Origin: a bacterium | GTDB lineage: Bacteria > Sysuimicrobiota > Sysuimicrobiia > Sysuimicrobiales > Segetimicrobiaceae | NCBI GenBank assembly: GCA_035307565.1 | Contig: DATGHZ010000031.1 | Span: forward strand, 29,061-93,060 | Length of the DNA stretch: 64,000 nt | Reading direction: 5' to 3' | Part shown: positions 56,907 to 64,000 of the stretch, piece by piece | How the letters are laid out: every line of letters starts with the position of its first letter | Numbering within the stretch: the stretch's first letter is position 1 | Notes under the pieces: model-generated | Databases searched by the model: none | What the model was told of the DNA's origin: nothing | Seen by the model: the letters and a program-made list of their open reading frames with translations, nothing else | Translations under genes and position numbers: made by a program

Positions 56907-58007
56907 ATGGCGGCCGCGATGGGCATCGGGCGCTTCGTGTACACTCCGATCCTGCCCCGCATGACCGAAGATCTCGGGATGACGAAGAGCGCCGCGGGCC
57001 TCATCGCGTCGGCAAATTTCGCGGGGTATCTGGCCGGCGCCGTGGCCGCCGCCACACCGGTCCTGCGGGGCTCCCGGCGGCGATGGCTGCTGATGGGGCT
57101 GGCGGTCAGCGCGGCGACCACCGGTGCCATGGCGTTCGTCTCGTCGATTCCCGCGTTCGTCGTGCTGCGCTTTGCAGGCGGCGTCGGAAGCGCCTTCGTG
57201 CTCGTCTTCGCGTCCGCGCTCGTTCTCGACCGGCTCAAAGCCGCCGGGCGCGGCGACCTGGCCGCCGTCCACTTTGCCGGTGTCGGGACCGGCATCGCGT
57301 TTTCGGCGATTCTTGTCTCCGCTCTCGCCGCGCGGGGCGCCGGCTGGCGCATGCTTTGGCTCGCAAGCGGGGCCGTGTCCGCGCTCGCCCTCGCCGCCGC
57401 GGCCGGCCTCATCCCCGACCGGACGGACAAGGCGCCCGCCGCCCAGGCACCCGCGGCGCGGGCAGGCCGGCGGTTGACCGCGTTTGCCGCGGCGTACGGT
57501 CTTTTCGGCTTTGGCTACGTCATCACGGCGACGTTTCTCGTGGCCATCGTCCGTGGTTCGCCTGAGGTGCGTTCGCTGGAACCGTTGGTGTGGGCCGTGG
57601 TCGGTCTCGCCGCGATCCCATCGGTCGCCCTCTGGACCGCGATCGGCGAGCGGACCGGCATCGGCCGCGCATTCGCTCTCGCCAGCGTCACTCAGGCGGC
57701 CGGTGTCGCCGCAAGCGTGCTGTGGATCGCGCCCGCCGGGGTGTTCTTCGCGGCGCTGCTGCTCGGCGGGACGATCATGGGACTCACCGCGCTCGGCCTC
57801 ATCGCCGGCCAGCGGCTCTCGGCAGGTGATCCGCGGGCGACGCTGGCCGTGATGACGGCGTGCTTCGGCGTCGGCCAAATGGTCGGCCCCGCGTTCGCCG
57901 GTGTGCTTCACGATGCGACCGGAAGCTTTCTGCTGCCGTCGATGGCGGCCGCCGCGGCGCTGCTCTTGGGAGCGATCTTCGCCATCTCGGCCGGGCCTGG
58001 GGGCTGA
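56907..58007 (+). CDS. MFS transporter (YbfB-like)
   Basis: ATG internal to track ORF 56742..58007; 12 hydrophobic segments. Earlier in-frame codons overlap the exonuclease gene. Confidence 0.75.
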   Translation: MAAAMGIGRFVYTPILPRMTEDLGMTKSAAGLIASANFAGYLAGAVAAATPVLRGSRRRWLLMGLAVSAATTGAMAFVSSIPAFVVLRFAGGVGSAFVLVFASALVLDRLKAAGRGDLAAVHFAGVGTGIAFSAILVSALAARGAGWRMLWLASGAVSALALAAAAGLIPDRTDKAPAAQAPAARAGRRLTAFAAAYGLFGFGYVITATFLVAIVRGSPEVRSLEPLVWAVVGLAAIPSVALWTAIGERTGIGRAFALASVTQAAGVAASVLWIAPAGVFFAALLLGGTIMGLTALGLIAGQRLSAGDPRATLAVMTACFGVGQMVGPAFAGVLHDATGSFLLPSMAAAAALLLGAIFAISAGPGG

Positions 58008-58151
58008 CCGGCACCTCCTGCTCGCAGAGTGTCGAAATTCCCCCCTCGGTTCGTTGTGATAGCTGGATCGACCATTCGCGCATCTTGCCGGCCGGCAAGG
58101 TGATGGAGGCCGCAGGTCGACGAGCCACGGGACGGGAAGATCGCCGCCGCT

Positions 58152-59087
58152 GTGAGACGTGGCCGGAACGAAATTGTGTTTCTGCAAGCGCGGTGGCCGA
58201 GCGCCAACTCGTATCTCGTCACGAGTGATCCGCCCGTCCTGATTGATACCGGTTATTGCACCGAGGTGCCCCGGCTCGAAGCCGCCCTCGCCGCCTGCGG
58301 GGTCGCGCTTCAGGACATTGGTCTCATCGTCAACACCCATTCCCACAGCGACCATATCGGCGGGAACAGCGCCGTACAGGCCCGGTCGGGCGCGCCGATC
58401 GCCATGCACCCATATGAGGGCCGCCCGATCAATCAAGGGGACTGGTGGAGCGCGGGCCTTCGTTATCTGAACCAGGAGGCGTCGCCGTTTCGCGTGGCGC
58501 GGTACCTTGAGGAGGGACAGGAACTGCGGTTCGGCGGCGTTTGCCTTGAAGTGATCCACGTCCCAGGGCACTCGTCGGGAAGCATCGCGTTTTACGAACG
58601 CTCGCGGGAGACGCTGATCGTTGGCGACGTGTTCCACGCCGACGACGTCGGCTGGATCAACGCGCCGATCGAGGGCGCGATCGCCGTCCACAACGCCAGG
58701 CAGTCGATCGAACGGCTTGCGCGTCTGCCGATCCAACGCGCTTACAGCGGGCACGGCCCAGCGATCGGGGATGCGGCCGCGAGCGCACAGGCGGCGCTCC
58801 GGCGGATCGAATCGTTCATCGCAGAGCCCCGGCGGATGGCCCTTCATGGAATGAAGCGGGTGTTTGTTTTTGCGCTGATGATCGGCGGCGGAATCGCGGA
58901 ACGCGAGGTCGTTCAACATCTCCGGCAGACGCTGTGGTTTCCTGAGTTCTGTGTCCGCTACTTCGATGGCGAATCACAGGAGGCCGTTGCCGGCCGCCTG
59001 CTCGACGAGTTGTTGTCTGCCGGTGCCATCGCGCTGCGGGACGGGCGCCTCATGAGTACGGCGATGGGTTCGACGCAGCCTGTGTGA
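58152..59087 (+). CDS. MBL-fold metallo-hydrolase
   Basis: Track ORF; HSHSDH motif (VNTHSHSDHIGGN). Confidence 0.8.
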   Translation: MRRGRNEIVFLQARWPSANSYLVTSDPPVLIDTGYCTEVPRLEAALAACGVALQDIGLIVNTHSHSDHIGGNSAVQARSGAPIAMHPYEGRPINQGDWWSAGLRYLNQEASPFRVARYLEEGQELRFGGVCLEVIHVPGHSSGSIAFYERSRETLIVGDVFHADDVGWINAPIEGAIAVHNARQSIERLARLPIQRAYSGHGPAIGDAAASAQAALRRIESFIAEPRRMALHGMKRVFVFALMIGGGIAEREVVQHLRQTLWFPEFCVRYFDGESQEAVAGRLLDELLSAGAIALRDGRLMSTAMGSTQPV

Positions 59088-59095
59088 ACACCGCA

Positions 59096-59563
59096 ATGAA
59101 ACGCAATGCTCGCTGCGCGCGACTGCGCTATCGGTGGCTCTTGGGGGCAGTTCTTATACTGGTCGTCTCTTTCGGGCGCGCGTCGGCCGCGCCTGCGACG
59201 CCGGCCCCCGACGGTATTGCCGGGAGTTGGCGAGGAACGTGGAAGAGCACCCAGTCGCCGGCCAAAGGAAGTTTCTCGGCTGCTCTCTCGCTCAAACCGG
59301 CATGGTGGGGAGACGTGGAGATCGTCGGAACCCTGAGGTTTGGCGGAATGCCGTGCGCCGGCCTACTGCGCGTGTCGGGAAGTTACTATCGTGATCACGA
59401 GTATCTTCTCACGGCGAAGGGTGCCGACGGGACGGTCCGCGCGACATCTGCCGTCACCATCATGAATGGTCCGCCACGGTCTCTGTCCGGTCATTATGAA
59501 GTGGTGCCCAGCGGGACGGCGTGCGGCTCGGATTCGGGAAGAGTCGACGCGACTGCCCGGTGA
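59096..59563 (+). CDS. Secreted hypothetical protein
   Basis: ATG internal to track ORF 59084..59563: MKRNARCARLRYRWLLGAVLILVVSFGRASAAPA signal peptide; no family assigned. Confidence 0.55.
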   Translation: MKRNARCARLRYRWLLGAVLILVVSFGRASAAPATPAPDGIAGSWRGTWKSTQSPAKGSFSAALSLKPAWWGDVEIVGTLRFGGMPCAGLLRVSGSYYRDHEYLLTAKGADGTVRATSAVTIMNGPPRSLSGHYEVVPSGTACGSDSGRVDATAR

Positions 59564-60070
59564 GATGATCGCCGCGGGGTGCTGGTATTGGCGCTGACAT
59601 AAGTCTAGGCACAGATCTCCGATGGGAACGGGGCGCAGAAGCACACCCATTGATGACGCAGCCAGTCGATTCGGAAACGCGGCAGCTGCTGGAAACGTGG
59701 TGGGTTCGGCTACGGTAGCAAGCCTTGGTTCGTCTTAATGTTTCCCACGCCACCGATTGCGACGAGGAGTAGCGCGGGGGACCGCAAGCCTGATCAAAAT
59801 CTCGCGAATCGTCATGGGCGGTCCCTTCAGAGGGTCAGCTTGACCAGCCGAGTCTCACCATATTGTCCGAGGTCGGGGCCTGGCGCTCTCGTGGCGGTGC
59901 GTGGGACCGATCACACGAACCTGGCGCAGATCATGCGGCGCGGCACCGCTGCGCAGTTTGCCGTACGATCGGCCTGGCTCTGGCCCGCACGTACTCGTCG
60001 AAAGAAACGTCGGGATAGTCGCCACGCGCGGCATCCTCGACATCGCTTACGAACGAACCTCGATGGGCGA

Positions 60071-60637
60071 CTACCGCGTAATGCGCGTAATCTTGGCTCC
60101 CTGTAGCGAGACGTCGAACATCAGGCCCTTCTGGCCCACCACGAAAGCCACAACGGGCTGGTTGATCTGCATCGTGCTGAGATCGGCGCCGACCCCCACG
60201 TTCACCAGCGTGACGGCGCCGTTGACGCCGACCTGCCAGCCCGACGCCTGCTCGAAGCTCCTGAGCGCCGCCCTGTCCCGGAACACAAGAAGAAGGTCCT
60301 TCGACTGGATGCCGAACGACGCGCCCCAAGATCCGCCCGCGATGCTATAGTAGCCGTGCGGCTGACCGCCCTCCCTCAGGGCTCCCTCGCCGTACTGTCC
60401 CCCGATGACGAATGCGACCTTGACGACACCCGGGAACACGAGCACGCCTTTCGACGACGCAAGGAACTTGGCGCCGCCCTTGACGGTCTCGTCGAAACGC
60501 GCGATCGCGGCATCGACACCGGCGTTGATTTCGGCGGCCGTCTTGGCCTGTGAGACGCTCGGCGCAGCCAAGCTGCCGAGCCACAACACGCAGATTGCGA
60601 CGACCGCTACGGTCCTGCGGGCACGCATGTGCATCAT
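60071..60637 (-). CDS. Secreted Ysc84/SYLF (DUF500) lipid-binding domain protein
   Basis: Track ORF, 188 aa; signal peptide; ...SWGASFGIQSKDLLLVF... is typical of the SYLF domain. Confidence 0.65.
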   Translation of the reverse strand: MMHMRARRTVAVVAICVLWLGSLAAPSVSQAKTAAEINAGVDAAIARFDETVKGGAKFLASSKGVLVFPGVVKVAFVIGGQYGEGALREGGQPHGYYSIAGGSWGASFGIQSKDLLLVFRDRAALRSFEQASGWQVGVNGAVTLVNVGVGADLSTMQINQPVVAFVVGQKGLMFDVSLQGAKITRITR

Positions 60638-60895
60638 TTCGAGGTCACCTCAGGGTCAATCGGATGGTGAAGGGGATAATTCGACCTAATTGAGAGTGTC
60701 ATGGGAACCCTAATTGTCCGTGCCGTTCGATTTACGCTCGATTTTCCCCTGCTGCTTGGTATGAAGACAAGGGTTCCTTCGCGATAATGACCGACGGAAT
60801 CAATCTCGTGGAGGGGCAAAAATCCAGGCTAACGGCGCCGCAAACGTCGGTTGCTTATCTGGAAATTGCTAGGGCGAAATTGAATCCTCCAACGT

Positions 60896-63800
60896 CTATT
60901 GGCGCCGTTTCTCTAAGTTGGCGAAGCGGCTGTATTCTTTGTGAAAGTACAGTTCTACGGTGCCAATGGGTCCGTTGCGATGCTTGGCGATGATGAGCTC
61001 GCAGATATTTTCTTTGTTCTCTTTCTGAGCTCTTTCCTGATCGTAGTAGTCTTCACGGTAAAGAAAGACAACAAGGTCGGATACTTGCTCAATCTCGCCC
61101 GAATTATGCGCGGCTAAACCGTGGGCGATGAAGTTGTGAGTTGCCGGCATCACAAGATCGTACACGAGAGAAATGCCCCTCGGTGCGATGCTCACGACTC
61201 GATCCCACAGTATGTCGCTGGTTGCCATCTCTTTAACATCTGGTGCACCAAGACGCTCGGCGAGTGCAAGAGCGGTAGAACGATCGAGTGTCTTGCCGGT
61301 TTGCAGCCGGAAGCCAAGTTGCCGCCAACTAACGCCGGCTTCTTTCTTGAGCGCCCAGAGCCTCGCTGTCACCGCGTAGGGTAGTCTATCGACCCAGGGC
61401 TTGATGCGAGGATGATACGCGAGTTCGGCTCGACATCTCGCTATCAACTCGTCTTTCCTGCCTTCAATTCCGACCTGTTCACAAAAGGCGTAGAGATGTC
61501 GGACATCTTCAATGGTGACCCGGTAAAGGGGTACAGTCGCCACCTTACTCTTGTAACCGGCGCTTATCTGCGACACGATGTCAAACCGCAACAGTAGATC
61601 TCGTACGTCTTCTGCGAGTCCGAGAGAGCTGGTGTCGTAATGCAGGGACCAAAGTGTGCCGCCCGTTCGCGTGTATCGCCGGCGTGTGAGGCAGCCGTCA
61701 GTGGAGTACAGTGCCCTGAGGAGATTGCGAAGACCGTTGCGGTCGGCTTCACAGAAGACCCGTTGGGGAACGCGCTTGGTATTGTATCTTTGTCCTTCAA
61801 TACCAATCTCTCGCAGCCAATTTCGCAGGCCGTTTCCGCCACGTCTTCCGGAAAGTTGACCGTTTCCGTTCGGTTTGGGATACAGTGAAACCAACTTCAC
61901 GTATGGAACACCACGAATCCGGCCCCGTCGTCCAATTACGTTGAACTCGCGTTGGGCTATAGAAATGCAGTCCTCAAATGTGTGGGCGTCCTTGCTAATG
62001 AACGTTAAGGTCCTTCTGCACTGATAACTTCCGTCGCCAATCATGTAACCAATCAAGCGTAGACGCTCGGGCGTGAGACTCGGCGGCTTCGGCGAGAACA
62101 CCGGCAAAGACCGCGCCGCCGCCACTAGCGATCCCTCGTTGAGCTGGCCAAGAGGCTTCCAGCCCTCAGGTGTGAGGATAGGATGATTTGCGGTCGCGGA
62201 CAGCCGGCGCCCGGTGCTCGTTCGGATCTCGAACACTTCATTCTCGCCCTTTTCGAACACGGCGGCCGGCCGCACCGGGACGAGCCGTCCCCTTTTGTCC
62301 AAAGACAGCAGTCTGGGCCATTCGCTGAGTGCTGCCAACTCCGCTATGGTGTGACGCCGTCCACTGTCCGCATCCCACACCACCGTGTCGCCGGTAACGC
62401 ATTCTCTCAGGTGACTGAGCATCGGCCGCTTTTGCCCTAAGGCTTCCACCGCGCGGCTCAACTGCGAGACCGCGATGATCGGAACGTCGAGCTCCTTGGC
62501 CAGCGACTTGATCCCGCGGGCGATCTCGCTGAGTTCCTGCGTCCGGTTCTCGGAGCGCTTGTACGACTGAATCATCTGAATGTAGTCGACCACGATCAGG
62601 CCGAGGCCGTGCTCGGCTTTCAACTTGCGCGCCTTGGCGCGCATCTCGATGATTGACAGTGTGGCGGAGTCGTCGATAAAGATGGGGGCCTCGCTGAGAC
62701 CGCCCATGGCGCGCGCCAGTTTCCGCCAGTCTTCGTCGGCGAGGAAGCCGGTCCGGAGTTTGCTGTTGTCGACCTGCGCCTCCGAACAGAGAATGCGCTG
62801 GACGAGCTGCTCCTTGCTGGTTTCGAGGCTGAAGATCGCCACCGGGATCTTGTTGGCCAGCGCCGCGTGCTGCGCGATATTGAGGGACAGCGTCGTGTTG
62901 TGGACGCACACGTCGTTCGCGACGAAGTTGTGCGTCACCGGAATCGTGAGGTCGTACACGTGTTTGAGCCCGAGCGGCTCGATCGAGACGATCTCGTCCC
63001 AGCAGACGTCGTGGTCCACATCGGGGGCCGCCGGAAGTTCCGCGGCAAGCGTCGCCGTCCCGGCCGGCGGGCGCCGGCGTGCGAGCGCGCGGGTTCCGGC
63101 CGAAGCCGCGTGCCGGGTCGGATACGCGCTCGACACCTTGGCGCGCCCGGGTGCCCCGGCAACGACCGGTTCCGCCGCCGTTTCCGTGGTGAACGTCACG
63201 ATCTCCGATGCGAACGTCCGGAGCGACGCGGGGTCCGTGATCTCAACCTGCCAGCCGCCGCTCCAAGCGTAGCCGCGCGGATCTCTCGACCGGCCGAGCG
63301 ACGCCACAATGCCGAACCGCAGGAGCAGGTGCTGGACCTGGTGGGCCGGGCGTTCCCGCGCCACCGCGTACCCGGCGTAGACGAGGACGCCCGCGGCGTC
63401 GGTGCTGGCAGCTCCCGTGGCGGCGAAAAGCCGAGTGAGCAGCAACGCAAGCTGCGAACGGCGCAACGTGAACGCCGCCACGGGGATCTCATCACGCACA
63501 GACTCCGCGCCGACGACTGACTTCGCGAGCCGGTTGAGCTCGCAGTCGGACATCGCTGCGGCGCCGAACACGGGCAGCCGGCGCGGGACGGCGACGCGGT
63601 CTCCGGCGCGCAGCGCGGCCAGCGGAAGCCACCCCTCGCGCGTGAGAAACGGGTGGCACCCGGTGGTCTCGACACTCCGGCCGAGCCGCGTCGTCACGCG
63701 GAACACCGGCTTGTGTCCGTCATCGACAAACGCGGACGGCGCGGTGAACCCAAGGCGCCGGCCGGCGTCGAGCGTCATAAGGCGCGCCCGCCGCCGGCGG

Positions 63801-64000
63801 TAGACCTCCTCGATCGTCGCGACGCTCCCGTCGTCGAGCAGGATCTCGCTGTCCGCGCTCACGCACTTGCCGACCGACGGCCGGGCCGCCACAACCACCA
63901 TGTCGGCGGCCTGGAGTCCCGAAGTCAGCATGTCGAAGTCGGAGAAGCCGGTGGCCACGCCGGTGATTGTCCCCTTTTCCTGGTAGCGGCGGTCGATCTT
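60896..64000 (-). CDS. dnaB: Replicative DNA helicase DnaB interrupted by two inteins (5' end beyond window end)
   Basis: Track ORF 60896..63958 is in frame to the window edge (...KIDRRYQEKGTITGVATGFSDFDMLTSGLQAADMVVVAARPSVGK). Spliced exteins read GK|TTLSLNIAQHAALANK...LIVVDYIQMIQ...RPMLSHLRE|SGEIEQVSDLVVFLYREDYYDQ..., classical DnaB Walker A, H4 and C-terminus. Confidence 0.93.
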   Translation of the reverse strand, partial: KIDRRYQEKGTITGVATGFSDFDMLTSGLQAADMVVVAARPSVGKCVSADSEILLDDGSVATIEEVYRRRRARLMTLDAGRRLGFTAPSAFVDDGHKPVFRVTTRLGRSVETTGCHPFLTREGWLPLAALRAGDRVAVPRRLPVFGAAAMSDCELNRLAKSVVGAESVRDEIPVAAFTLRRSQLALLLTRLFAATGAASTDAAGVLVYAGYAVARERPAHQVQHLLLRFGIVASLGRSRDPRGYAWSGGWQVEITDPASLRTFASEIVTFTTETAAEPVVAGAPGRAKVSSAYPTRHAASAGTRALARRRPPAGTATLAAELPAAPDVDHDVCWDEIVSIEPLGLKHVYDLTIPVTHNFVANDVCVHNTTLSLNIAQHAALANKIPVAIFSLETSKEQLVQRILCSEAQVDNSKLRTGFLADEDWRKLARAMGGLSEAPIFIDDSATLSIIEMRAKARKLKAEHGLGLIVVDYIQMIQSYKRSENRTQELSEIARGIKSLAKELDVPIIAVSQLSRAVEALGQKRPMLSHLRECVTGDTVVWDADSGRRHTIAELAALSEWPRLLSLDKRGRLVPVRPAAVFEKGENEVFEIRTSTGRRLSATANHPILTPEGWKPLGQLNEGSLVAAARSLPVFSPKPPSLTPERLRLIGYMIGDGSYQCRRTLTFISKDAHTFEDCISIAQREFNVIGRRGRIRGVPYVKLVSLYPKPNGNGQLSGRRGGNGLRNWLREIGIEGQRYNTKRVPQRVFCEADRNGLRNLLRALYSTDGCLTRRRYTRTGGTLWSLHYDTSSLGLAEDVRDLLLRFDIVSQISAGYKSKVATVPLYRVTIEDVRHLYAFCEQVGIEGRKDELIARCRAELAYHPRIKPWVDRLPYAVTARLWALKKEAGVSWRQLGFRLQTGKTLDRSTALALAERLGAPDVKEMATSDILWDRVVSIAPRGISLVYDLVMPATHNFIAHGLAAHNSGEIEQVSDLVVFLYREDYYDQERAQKENKENICELIIAKHRNGPIGTVELYFHKEYSRFANLEKRRQ
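61103..62401 (-). mobile_element. Intein 2 (433 aa) at the second DnaB site (dnaB-b), with a LAGLIDADG homing-endonuclease domain
   Basis: Begins CVTGDTVVWDAD after ...LSHLRE and ends ...NFIAHGLAAHN before SGEIEQ (S = +1). Two LAGLIDADG motifs: LIGYMIGDGSY and LRALYSTDGCL. Noticeably lower GC than the host. Confidence 0.88.
62897..63865 (-). mobile_element. Intein 1 (323 aa) in the DnaB P-loop (GK^T; dnaB-a site)
   Basis: Begins CVSADSEILLDDG right after ARPSVGK and ends ...FVANDVCVHN before TTLSL (T = +1 nucleophile). Contains degenerate dodecapeptide-like LLLTRLFAATGAAS. GC is host-like. Confidence 0.85.

Noticed and set aside
56889-58919. 676-aa minus-strand ORF
   Set aside because: Arg/Gly/Pro-rich translation antisense to the MFS transporter and MBL hydrolase genes. 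It is a typical stop-codon-poor reverse frame of a 70% GC genome with no domain-like sequence.
60896-61102. Possibility that the low-GC dnaB 3' end is a separate gene
   Set aside because: It is in frame and contiguous with intein 2 and the N-terminal exteins, and it encodes the conserved DnaB C-terminus (SGEIEQVSDLVVFLYREDYYD...IIAKHRNGPIG). It is therefore part of dnaB, not a separate gene.

Overview
This 64 kb window is a high-GC (roughly 70% by eye) chromosomal segment centred on the replication origin of a Gram-positive-type bacterium. The gene order is Firmicutes-like: recF, a YaaA-like S4 gene, dnaN and dnaA on the minus strand, then a DnaA-box cluster, then rpmH, rnpA, yidD, yidC, jag, rsmG, parA and parB on the plus strand. 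The DnaA boxes fall in two clusters (1653..1861 with an AT-rich unwinding element, and 4361..4514), which gives a bipartite oriC. An unusual gene encoding a histidine-kinase-like (GHKL) ATPase fused to a winged HTH sits between the upstream DnaA-box cluster and dnaA. Downstream is ordinary chromosomal content: a PdxR-like MocR regulator divergent from an HD-domain gene and pdxS-pdxT; CapA, UppP, hydrolases and oxidoreductases; an orphan molybdopterin hydroxylase large subunit; an OpuC-type osmoprotectant ABC system; a DUF1326/DUF2182 gene pair; a branched-chain amino-acid (Liv) ABC operon with an extra unknown membrane protein; M20 and S9 peptidases; a sugar ABC operon plus ribokinase; an ArsR regulator next to a decayed RND efflux remnant; and two tyrosine-rich secreted low-complexity proteins. 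The window ends inside dnaB (minus strand, continuing past 64000). That gene carries two inteins: one in the P-loop, and a LAGLIDADG-containing one at the second classical DnaB site. The second intein, the dnaB C-extein and the downstream spacer are visibly lower in GC than the host. No rRNA, tRNA or CRISPR was found. Many long reverse-strand ORFs in the track are GC-driven artefacts. Starts were corrected from the track where an internal in-frame start matches the conserved N-terminus.
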